A stretch of 64,000 nt of DNA, taken from Balanoglossus misakiensis. Its lineage: Eukaryota; Animalia; Hemichordata. The stretch spans positions 3,874,902 to 3,938,901 of the forward strand of contig CM082585.2 of the NCBI GenBank assembly GCA_040954595.2. Reading direction: 5' to 3'. The notes under the pieces are model-generated. The model saw only the letters and a list, made by a program, of their open reading frames with translations, was not told where the DNA came from and made no database searches. The position numbers and the translations under genes were made by a program. This document shows, piece by piece, positions 39,961 to 51,765 of the stretch (its first letter is position 1; each line of letters opens with the position of its first letter).

Positions 39961-41229
39961 GGTGGCATACAGATCAATCTCCGCCATCCTTCAACGCGGC
40001 ATCTAGTTTCTGCATGGTACTATTGGTAGTCGGACTTCAATCTGCCAGGTGGCATACGGATCAATGTTCTCCATCCTGCAAACCAGCATCTAGTTTCTGC
40101 ATGGTACTATTGGTAGTCGGACTTCAATCTGCCAGGTGGCATACAGCTCAATGTTCGCCATCCTGCAACGCAGCATTTAGTTTCTGCATGGTACTATTGG
40201 TAGTCGGACTTCAATCTGCCAGGTGGCATACGGATCAATGTTCTCCATCCTGCAAACCAGCATCTAGTTTCTGCATGGTACTATTGGTAGTCGGACTTCA
40301 ATCTGCCAGGTGGCATACGGATCAATGTTCTCCATCCTGCAAACCAGCATCTAGTTTCTGCATGGTACTATTGGTAGTCGGACTTCAATCTGCCAGGTGG
40401 CATACGGATCAATGTTCTCCATCCTGCAAACCAGCATCTAGTTTCTGCATGGTACTATTGGTAGTCGGACTTCAATCTGCCAGGTGGCATACGGATCAAT
40501 GTTCTCCATCCTGCAAACCAGCATCTAGTTTCTGCATGGTACTATTGGTAGTCGGACTTCAATCTGCCAGTTTGCACACAGATCAGTGTTCTCCATCCTG
40601 CAACCCAGCATCTAGTTTCTGCATGGTACTATTGGTAGTCGGACTTCAATCTGCCAGGTGGCATACGGATCAATGTTCTCCATCCTTCAAACCAGCATCT
40701 AGTTTCTGCATGGTACTATTGGTAGCCGGACTTCAATCTGCCAGTTGGCACACAGATCAATGTTCTCCATCCTTCAACGCAGCATTTAGTTTCTGCATGG
40801 TACTATAGGTAGTAGGACTTCAATCTGCCAGGTGGCATACGGATCAATGTTCTCCATCCTGCAAACCAGCATCTAGTTTCTGCATGGTACTATTGGTAGT
40901 AGGACTTCAATCTGCCAGGTGGCATACGGATCAATGTTCTCCATCCTGCAAACCAGCATCTAGTTTCTGCATGGTACTATTGGTAGTCGGACTTCAATCT
41001 GCCAGGTGGCACACAGATCAGTGTTCTCCATCCTGCAAACCAGCATCTAGTTTCTGCATGGTACTATTGGTAGTCGGACTTCAATCTGCCAGTTGGCACA
41101 CAGATCAGTGTTCTCCATCCTGCAAACCAGCATCTAGTTTCTGCATGGTACTATTGGTAGTCGGACTTCAATCTGCCAGTTGGCACACAGATCAATGTTC
41201 TCCATCCTGCAAACCAGCATCTAGTTTCT
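39961..41229. repeat. 87-bp minisatellite, ~14.6 units, lying in the terminal exon of the minus-strand gene
   Basis: Unit starts every 87 nt from 40014 to 41145, plus a divergent partial unit at 39961-40013. Confidence 0.97.
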
Positions 41230-41999
41230 CGTATCTGAAAAAAGCAAACAGATGCCGTACAGGAAAATATAAATGATGAGCTGAGGGTCGTGGTGACAAT
41301 GAGGAGTAATTTAACTGCATGTGACACAAAAGACAAACACCCTATATAACTCAAGGCATTGTCTTTGCAGTACACAGGCCATATGTAATGCAATTGTGTA
41401 AGAATCCATCAAGTTGTACTTTATGCAGACTACTTGACAATGATTCATGCTCAGTTTTTATGAACTTGTTATTTTGTGGCTTTCTAAATGACTTCTGGGT
41501 GTTTGTAAAACTTGTAACGAGCAGTAATGAGCAGAAACTTGCAGTAATGACCAATAACATCCTAGAAATAGACAGAATGAATAATCACAGATACTGTGGA
41601 AATAACCACCTTTTCCAATTTCATATTAGTCATCTAAAGTAATGCAATCAGTGTCAATTATCATGACCATTTTTATGGAACTAAACAGTTGTTTAATTTC
41701 ATATCATTGCTGGAAAAAAGTTATCATTGATGACTTCGTTCACGCAGGTTTGATGTTCTGGGAATTTGTGCTTGAGTGTTGGTTAGTTTTTGCACAACTT
41801 TAAATGTTGTGCGTTGACTTAGATGTTTTCATCTATGTGACCTGACATACTCTAAATGTTTGAAGAAACTTTACAAACCCCATACGAATTTCCATCTACA
41901 TAAAATAGAGAAGCCAACAGTTATATTGATGTTAGGCCAGAGAGAAAAAAAATCTTGTTCATCAGAATTTTTTTTACCTAGTTGCAGGAGCGGCGAGCG

Positions 42000-42057
<58 letters not shown>

Positions 42058-45000
42058 GGCCGAAGGGAAAACGCGGTTCTCTGGCATATTTGCACAGATG
42101 CGACATTGCAAGATAATTTTTTCCCTTTTTACCAGAAATATCTCTGATACATGTACTGTACTTGTAACTGAATTCAGTATAATTCCCAACAATAACACAG
42201 GCAATAACATATACAGCTGCTGTTTGCACAACATACTCTGAGTATTTCAACAGGCTCTCAGAATAAAATGAAATGCACAGCAAATCACTGAAATCCAACA
42301 ATTTAGTATTGGCCATTAATATTGTCCTGCAGGGCCCTAGCATTTGAGTGTTTTTCATTTTACTTTGGCCCCATGTCTTGGCCTCTTTACCGCTGCCTCT
42401 ACACAGAGACATTTTACACAATGGTCTAACAACACTGTAAAGACTATCTCTCACTGCACACTCACTGTAGCCATGTCTAATTTGTTCCAGTCTGCACCAA
42501 ATTATCAAACAGCTGAATAATAACATTGTAAAAAAACTTGGGGACGTAATAGCTGGTGGGAAACATCTATATTAGACAGGTTCGGCTACACGTTTTACGT
42601 GAACGTGGACGCGTAGAACCCACGTTCGCGTTAGACGTTCACGTGAAAAAGAGTTTGGCTTCACGTCAACGTCTGTTTGTGTGGCACACGCACTCTGTGT
42701 TCGAATTTTGAGCGTGTACATCGTTACACCACGTCGCTGCACTGCAACTATGGATTCAACCGTCGGGGGACCATACAAATTGATGACAAAATTTCACATA
42801 AAATGACTAAAAAGAAATAAATGGGTTTTCGTTTGTCACAATGAGATATCAAGCTAACAAGGCATACACATATTTCGTAGATAATGATTTCTTGTTGCCC
42901 AAAACGAGAATAACTTTTCACGTTTGCAACTAATGTGAAAACACTAAGTACTAAGAGTTTTTGTAATGCAGAAGTAAGAATTTGCCACAATCCAAAAAAA
43001 TGAAAATTCCAACACAGCCAAAGTAGAAGCAGCAATTCCATGAACAATTTATTTTTTCTTCCTGGCCTTAAGTCTTAGCATTTTTTTGTCTTTTTCCACA
43101 TTATCAGTAAAAATTCTTCATTTCTGAAGTGATAAGCTCACTTCTTTGAAATTTAGAATGAAGCTTCTTACAGGTTGTCTGAGTTACCTTTTTGTTTTTT
43201 GTTTAAATTGTTGCAAAACTGCAGAGTGCTGTGAAATTTGAAATTTGTTAGGCATGTTCCTGGAGGTAACCCCAAAAAGATGCTGTAAAACAATCTGTGA
43301 TATTTTTGCAATATTTGTCAAAAATTGTTTTCTCTGAAACCGCTTGTCACATTGCTGTAAACTATGGCAAACATGTTCCTTGAGGTGATTGAAGATATTG
43401 TACAATTATGGAGATATTTGCACATTTGGTTTTTTTGCCACTTTTGAACATTCAAATATTGTTTTCTGTGAAACTGATTGTTGGATTGCTTTTTGTAAAT
43501 TTCTTTTTGGTTTATATAGCAAAACTTCTAAACCAGTTGCTTTGAAAGTTACTGTTTACAAGGAGTTGTTACCCCCAACTTAGACATGTTTACATAACTT
43601 TAATAGGCCAGCTGTTACAGAGACAACCAGCTATTAAATTTTTAAGAGTGAATGGCAGGTCAGTGAGCGTCTCTGTCTGTCTGTGTGTCTGCCTGTCTGT
43701 TACAGGGCTGACTGAAAGAAGTTGGACGTCTTATGTGTTTGTACAGACAATTTTTGGTCAAAAACAATTTTGCCAATATTTTTCCGGAGTCTACAGCCAG
43801 TTCAGAAAATAACAACTTAATAATGTGTAGTGGAGATGTCAAAGTTTATTCAAGGCATACTCATAATGTGGGGCATGCTCCAAAATCTGAACAGACACCG
43901 AGCAACTCAGGTTGTGTGACAAGCTAACTCGTGTAACGCGACTTATATGCTGCTTATATTCATCATTGGAAACCACAGGCGTCAGTAAAAATGCTTTGTT
44001 AGTATTTCATACTGTACAGTAGCCAAAATCGAAAAAATCAGTAGCTTTAAGACGATCTCCCGGTTTCACGTCATACGAGCGCTTACACTATATTCAGTCC
44101 TTGCCATAGTGAACACCTATTGCCTGGCCATGAGGGCCATAGCGGCCATTTATTACACCCGGGGGGCTGTGAGTTACCAGAATCACATGCTATTTCCCGA
44201 GGCCGCATGAGGTATATTATAATAGGGTTTATAATATACCTCATGCTAATACTGTGCCGTGATTCGCCAGAATCCGTCACGTGATAGGAAAATAGAATCG
44301 ACTATGAACCGCTAGGGAAATAGCAGAAAAAATATAAACCGGTCACGTGACCAGCGTGATCAGCGTCACGTCGTCTGACACAATGGCCACTGCTGAAGAT
44401 GTTGTCTGCCAACCTCAAGAGAAAATTGCAAGATTTTCCATACTGTTAGCATGAGGTTTATTATAAAACACCTATAGCCTGGCCTTTATTCGGGCCATAG
44501 CAGCCGTTTTTACCCCCTCGTGACTGTGAGTTACCAGAATCATATGCTATTTCCCTCGGCCTGCGGCCTCGGGAAATAGCATATGATTCTGGTAACTCAC
44601 AGCCCCTCGGGTGTAATAAACGGCCGCTATGGCCCTCATGGCCAGGCAATAGGTGTTCACTAACACATAAAGAGATCTCTTTATGTGATAGTGGGGTAAT
44701 TTCTTGACAGGTTATATAAGTGGCTCGTTGTTTATTCATGCTATGTATCTCTTGCTTTTTATTGCTCTTCGATGTTCGTTTTTGCTAATTCCTTTCAAAT
44801 TTGTATCTATCGGTTATGGGCGGGAACTGCATGTGGTTATTTTTGGTCGTCATTGCTCCTTCTTAATCATTCTATCTATTTCAAGTTCATTATTGGTCAT
44901 TACTGTAGGTTCTGCTCATTACAAGTTTTAGAAACACCTGTGTTTTGTTGGCACATGATTCAACATTACACACAACATGTGTCCCTTTTGTGTAGTAGAC

Positions 45001-48000
45001 CATATTGTTGTTTTGGGATGATTTACAACTATATGCACAAAGTCAGCATGTAAGCTTGTCTGATCCAGAGTTTAAACTCAAAATGGTTAAATCATGCCAA
45101 CAAAATGCCAGGATGTAAAGGTCACACGGAGGTCAAGATTCACCATACCTTTCAGCAGCATCTTTCCACCACGTTTTCAACACTCTGGCTTTTTGGCTGA
45201 AAGCGGCCAGTGCCTCATCCATTTGTTCGAAATGTTGATGGTACTCGTTCTTGGTTTTTTCATGCTGCAGATTATCCCAGCTGAAAGAAACCCAAGACAT
45301 TACAACATTAGAGATACTGTAAAACATGTTATTTTCGCGAGTTGAAATTTTTTGCGATATCGAGAGAGGCGTGTGCCACCCACTGAAAATCCGTGATAAG
45401 CTAGATCTCAAGTTTACCATGGTAACTGTAGTTAGTTTCTTTAGGTGGCCGTATACCTTTAATTCCTTTTTTACAATTAATTAGTGATTGTTGACAAAAT
45501 TACTACCACATAATTCGACCGTTTCATTTTGGTTGGCACAAAAACTCTAAGACCATGTTCCTTTTGAGTGTACATTATTTTTTAACTGCTTTTTTAACAT
45601 TTACAATGTGCAAATGTTATGAGTGCGCTCTGATTGAAATGAAAATTGTGTCCTGCAAAATATAATGGGCCATCTGAAGGAGAAAGGGGTCTTATGAGTG
45701 CGAGATACTTATGACCCTAAGACCCCTTTTCTGGTTGGGATGGCCCAAATGTGACTGCAATATTAGAGTACATACCACATAATCAGACGGCTTAATTTTT
45801 GTAGGCAGACAGGTGCCACTGTAGAATATCATGTACCGGTATATTCAACTTTACAAATATATCCAAGTGTACACCACACCTACCTTGTCTCCTGCTGGAG
45901 TGCTTCAAACGTTTGCGCCAATTTTGTGAAATCCATCAACATGGCCTCATTCTGCTCAATCCATTCTAATTGGATTTTTAATCGTGCTTGTTGACTCTTG
46001 TGCAGAACCTGAGAAAAAAAAAAAAAAAGAAGTGTAAAATATTGCCTGTAGAAGAAATGTTTCCTGGCCTGCTCCCCCTGCCCCATTCCCACTGATGGCT
46101 GTACCAGCTAAAAGGAAAGGGTCAAGTATGGGCTGCCGTCTTGCGCAAATTTCTGTCCAGCCATGCCCCAAGATGAATGCTTCAAACGTTTGCACACAGG
46201 TACTGTCAAAGTCAGGTGCACCACACAAGATCCATCCGTCCGTTCGTCCATCCATCCATCCATCCATACATACATACATACATACATACATACATGCATG
46301 CATGCAAACGCACGCACGCACGCACGCACATACATACATACACACATGCAAAAATGCATGCATGCATGCATACAATTACACATACATACATACATACATA
46401 CATACATACATACATACAGGATAGGTAGGAAAGTCAGTCCAACTACAACTATCAAAGTTTTCAGCGGAATTTGTTTCCATTAGTATACCCTGAAGAAGGC
46501 AGTCTGTGTACTGCCGAAACGTTGGTTTTAAATAAAGATCATTCAGAAGACAGGAACTGCGGTCGAGCATATTTTACATTTTACACTCCATACATACATA
46601 CATACACACACAAATACATACATGCATACACACACAGATACGTACATACATACATAAATTGCCATAACAGTTTAATGTGCCCATACTTACGAAAACACAA
46701 CACACCACAGCTACAACAACAACTGCGATCAGTAGCCAGTAACGCCAGTAAGCCTCATAGAGCTGGAAAGAAAAAATATAACTGATAAGTGATAATCCAC
46801 CTCTATACCAAATAAAGATCTTGCACATATTGAAATTTTGCATAATATTGTAGCACTTGACTTTACAGTGAAGGGGTCAGCGCACTGCGTTTGTTTGTTG
46901 ATAGACATTAGAATTCACCTTCAAATCCCTGAAATTAAATAATTCCTAGAATGAACGAAGCAGCCAGCCGTAGCATAGACCGGGCATGACAGCAACTGAA
47001 GATCCTAGCTGTGGTGACTGCAGTGAGGTTTGTGCTGGTATGGGAAGACGTATTCTCATCAGAGGGGACACCCACGCAGCGCGACGACTGCTTCTCTTTA
47101 AACATTGTATGAAAGCAGACATGACTAAGAGGTCAGAACAACCAAAGCTACTTACATTGGGCTTTTCTGGGGGTTCATCTGGAGGATCTCTGGCCTAGTT
47201 CAAATTATACAAAAAAAAAATAGAATTAGCAAATCCTTGAAACTGAAATGTTGAAAACTGTCAATGTCATGCCATTTTGGTCAATCACAGTTGACACATT
47301 TACTGAGTATAGAATGATGGATCAAGGTACATTATAAAACCCAAGATAAGCTCATTTTTAAAGGACCACAAATAGTTGGTCCAAGTTGTAAATGGACTTC
47401 AAATTATTACTTTAAAATTGTTGATCAAAGTCAGAGTAAATAAAGTCCAATAACTTGTACCTTAAACTTGTGTTATTAGTTTCAGGGGATAAATTTATAA
47501 TTTACTCGAAAATTATAATAATGCAAATTTTCCGACAAAAATACCAATATTTCCTTTATGTTGCTTTTACTGTTGATGCTCATGAGCCTATACAGGTTGT
47601 TCAAATTTTAAAACATTGTCATAGCCAACCCCTAGAGGGCGCTGTTATGTATTTGAATGCCCATGCATGTGCAACTCGATCGTACTGTACACCCATGTCA
47701 CAGATAGCCATCTCAGGCATCTTAATTCATACTAGTATTAGCTATATCCCCATTTGCCAGAATGTAGCACATATTATTTTGTTTCCATCATTGCAGAATC
47801 AGATTGAACAATGCTTAAAAACTTGGGCAGAAAACATCAGTAAGACAACAAATGATTTGATACATAAAGTCTGTACAATATGGCTACAGTTACATTGCCA
47901 TGGCATAAAGATGTAGACCTATCATCAGGGCTCCGTTTATGCAAAATCCTGCATATTTCACAATGTTTGACCCAAATTACACAAAGATAATGAAGGATGC

Positions 48001-49957
48001 ATACACCACCAGTGCAAATTTGCAAATAGTATTCAGCGAGGCTTATAAGATACGAATAATGCAGAAATGCACAGAAATGTTACAATTTTCACTCAGGCAA
48101 CATGACATTCATAGATAAAACTTTGTAATAATGTACCAGTACGGTGGTGTTCTATTCAGGCTTTCAAATGCCTACCCAAGGCAATAGTGTTACATTTATG
48201 CAAAGTAAATTCTGAATGCATATTGAAGTATGCAAAGGAAAAATAATCGAACAGAACCTCTGTATCATGTGATTGAACTTGTATGAACATGCAGGATGAC
48301 AGACACAGGAGGACACACACTCAGCCTACTACTGGTATCCGACAAGCTCCAAGTAAACATGTATATAAAAAGGGGATATTCATATGCATTATATGCAAGC
48401 TTTAAAAGCACATAGTCCTTGTGCCATTTGTGAACAAAATGTGTTTGGCTATTTCTGGGTTACAAATGAAAAGACAATTCAGTTTCAGGTTTTCTACAAT
48501 TGTTGTCAATCACTTACCATGCATCGCAATGTTGTCAGTCTTTCTTCCCTTGCTCCTATTCTGTTTAGAGCACTCTGTCTCTGCCTAATTCTCTGTAAAT
48601 AAAATAGGAAGAATATATTCATTTAGGATTATAAAAGACACTTTCAGGAATTGCAGCATGGTGTCAATTATCAACATCCTAAAATTCTTAAAGTTGATAT
48701 TTTGAAACAATGACATGGAGGAACAGGGTGGTGCATAGTACAAAATCATTATGTATACTAGGTCACATGATATTATGGCCATTAAAAGAATCAGTTTTTT
48801 AGCCGATTTTACTTTAGAAAAATGCTGGCTGATTGCTGGTTGCCATGTGTGTATCAATTGAGAAGACTTTGCAGCATTGTTCAAGAGAGTGTTGGCAGTC
48901 TATGGTGTCCATGACAAAACTACAACTCCTCATTTTGCTATTCTTATTTCTATTCAACATTCCATAGTTCAACATTTGGTTTCACAATTCAACATTCCAT
49001 TTTTCAATGCAACAATTGGATTTCAAAACTTCGACTTACAGATACTGAGATAGTCAGATTGAATCTGGCAACTGCGTATTCACGCTTATAGAATTCCTTC
49101 ATTCAGAATTGGAATTTTGCATTGTCAGCATTATTGGGATTTTGCATAGTCTCAGCATAATTGGCCATTTGGGATTTTGCATAGATCTATAGTCAGCGAC
49201 ATTCAGAAATCTGTTCCAACAGAAAGCTGACCTCGATAAAATTGTCATCAACTTCTCGGTTATCGGTAATATTAAACCCCAAACTGAAATATATTTGTTT
49301 GTAAATTCTAAATTGTATTTCAAAATTAACATACCTTAAAGCTTTCTTCGGTTCGCTGGAGCCGGATTGTTCTAAACTTTGAGGAATGGTATTCCCACAC
49401 ATCTAAAAAAAAAAGGTAATGAAATGACATCAATAAAAATAAAAAATTTCATTATTTCAAATAAACCTGGTAATGGTATTATACGAGGTCTGTTTCCTGG
49501 TTTTAACGTAAGCTAACTTGCAAGTTGAATATTGATAGCGGTGTAAATTGTCCAGGTCTGAGACAGTAAATTGTATTAGTTTACTGGTTAAAATGAGGAA
49601 TTACAGGCCCACCAATTATAATCACAACTTGAAGCTGTCTAACTCTAAGGGAGCGATCATTATTTAGGGCCTGAAGAGGTGTTTGAGGAATTTCACAAGG
49701 AACATGCCAAACCAGGCCTGTTTGCTGGATTATAACAAAAAATGTGAACAACACACTGAGAAACTTAGAAAGATGCGGGATGTTTATTGGAGGGCCAATA
49801 TTACTCACTGTCTTAGCCCCGTGTAACGCCTGGAACACACAGACCTGTACGCAGGGCTATCACTGTCTATATACTACAGAGTTTTACTCACATGCATGCG
49901 GATTTTTACCTGGAATTGTGTGTGGTCGGCGTCTAATGTTTCCGTCAATACACACAT
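41192..49957 (-). CDS. Uncharacterised multi-exon protein, ~215 aa, helical/coiled-coil C-terminal half
   Basis: Minus-strand exons 49958-49892, 49829-49809, 49402-49335, 49283-49232, 48592-48518, 47194-47156, 46945-46919, 46008-45884, 45280-45149, 41234-41192; all AG/GT with consistent phases giving one open frame ending ...KTWWKDAAERYEKLDAGLQDGEH*. The 3' exons are well supported; the 5' micro-exons and start codon are tentative. Confidence 0.68.
41935..43067. mobile_element. PIF/Harbinger-like MITE (TTA TSD) with internal ~50-nt poly(A)
   Basis: tta|ggccagagagaaaaaaat ... attttttcttcctggcc|tta; intronic. Confidence 0.6.
44108..44222 (+). mobile_element. Internally deleted, oppositely oriented copy of element D
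   Basis: One palindrome arm up to gaggccgca fused to gcatgaggtatattataa (the element end). Confidence 0.7.
44230..44662 (-). mobile_element. Palindrome-capped non-autonomous element D
   Basis: IRs ataatatacctcatgctaa (44231) / ttagcatgaggtttattat (~44446-44464), then palindrome 44467-44657 whose tip reads CCGCAGG on the minus strand. Confidence 0.8.
46229..46660. repeat. Compound (ATCC)/(TACA)/(GCAC) microsatellite surrounding a Penelope-like fragment
   Basis: Direct reading. Confidence 0.88.
46484..46528 (+). ncRNA. Minimal type I hammerhead ribozyme (Penelope-like element remnant)
   Basis: acc-CTGAAGA-a-GGCAGT-ctgtgt-ACTGCC-GAAA-CGTT-ggt: both core boxes, 6-bp stem II, palindromic AACGTT stem III; AATAAA shortly downstream. 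Confidence 0.75.
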
Positions 49958-51339
49958 TCTACACTATACATGACCACACACAGTTTCTTGGAAGGACGCC
50001 TACGGTTCTGCAGCTACGTTTGGGTTTAGTCGTGTATCACATCATATCGTGGCTGAAAACTGTATTGTACCTGTCTCATCATTGCTTGGACCATGACTCC
50101 TTGATTCATCTCGATATGACTCGAGTGGAATCCACAATAAATCAATATAAATATTACTTATTACTGGTTGATGCACCGACACTGTGTCATGGCGCTCGAG
50201 TGCTTTTTTGACAGGCCAAAGGTCAACCCTGTTGAGGGCGTGCTCCGGTTATAATATTATAATACTGTACTATAAAAATAATTTTCAAGTTGAAAATGAA
50301 CTGCGAAAAATAGCCCTAAAGTATAGACAGTGACACTATAAAAATAATGGCGGCTGCACAGCGAAAGCCAATAATAAATATTTTCAAAGGTGGTTAGCAG
50401 AAAAGTGGAGTTCGCTCATTTGTCAATTGTGGCAAATGCTGTAGACACGGAGCAAGTACGCGAGAATACTAATGCGTGAATATTCGTAAAATTGAAAGTC
50501 TTGTCACTTCTCTTTACAAGTTGCTGGTTGTTTATTCTCCTTTGTAAGCATTTTTTCGATCGCATGGGGGTAAAACGTGCTTGTTTTTGAAATTCAAGGC
50601 CGTGAGATTAGTCGATCATAATAAAAATAAAAACTACCGAGGCAACAATTTTCCGTTTTCCCCATGGGTGAACATATTCAACGGAGTTTATCTCGAAATT
50701 GAGCGCGTTGGCTATTCAATTTTTTTCTACCATTCAATTTTAATTCATTTGACTGAGCTATGGGTAGACCTAAACGTTCATGAAAATGACAATAGCAGAC
50801 GCGGATTTTCCAGCAAACCTATGGAAAAGACAAATTGAAAGCGCTTGTACCGATTGTAATTTATACTCGGTTGGCTGTTGTCCTCCACGTGGATCTTTTC
50901 ATGGTGTACGGTGTGCCTCAACATTTTGTTTACTTTCTATTTCATTCGACGCTAATGTTTAGACCACGTAATTAGTTCTAATGTATGGAGTTGGTCAATT
51001 ATAGAGGCTCTGGTGGGCCTTTTTGGCGTTCATGTAAATCTTGACAGGTCCGACTGGCTGCTTTGTATACCATGTATTGTTTTGGCTTTGCTGCACTCAA
51101 TGTCGAATACGCCCGGCTGCCATTATTCCAACACACAGGCCTAACTCAAGCAGAAAACAGAGCAAATTGTCGCAACAAAAACCCTGCCGTTCTATCCATA
51201 CAACCTACTTGCTTATGGATTCTCTTGGTACAAGACGGATATGTCATGCAAAACGCGAACCAGAACATATAATATAGGGCCCTGGCAGCTACGTAAGGGA
51301 AGTTGCACGCAAACACAAGGAAAAATCATTAACAATTTA

Positions 51340-51765
51340 TATTATACTTACTTCAATCCTTTGGCCCAGCAACACTACCGAAAAAAACTAATATTGAAAC
51401 TATAACTAAGAAACTAACTAACTAAGCAACTAACTTACTAACTAACTTACTACTAAGCAACTAACTATCTAACTAATCAGCTAAAAATACTAACTATAAC
51501 TAATCTGAAATAAGAAAATATACTAACTCAGAAATATAATAATAAACGGAACTAATATAATAAACTAATCTATCTAATTAAATGACTAAGAAATTTGAAA
51601 GAAAGGCGACTGTAAACGATAACTGAATGAAAAAAAACCTAATCCTATATCTAACTAATACTGATCTAATCTATGAAATATGATAATGAAAATGAACTGG
51701 GAAATACAATATAACTAAACTAAACTAAGAACTAAGAAAATCGAGAAAAAAATCTATCTAGAGCT
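51340..51765. repeat. AT-rich (ACTA)-type low-complexity tract
   Basis: Direct reading; similar tracts at ~25400-25590 and ~39650-39790. Confidence 0.7.

Noticed and set aside
39961-41229. CRISPR-like array
   Set aside because: Units are contiguous near-identical repeats without unique spacers; eukaryotic context, no cas genes. The same applies to 53280-54248.
40014-41276. 264-aa and 130-aa plus-strand repeat ORFs (MVLLVVGLQSARWHTDQCSPSCKPASSFC)n
   Set aside because: Antisense shadow of the 87-bp array; broken by a TAG in one unit, and the splice signals and upstream exons are on the minus strand.
41192-45280. Resemblance of AAERYEKLDA to the bacterial WXG100 C-terminal motif
   Set aside because: No WxG motif and an intron-rich gene; a generic helical pattern is sufficient explanation.
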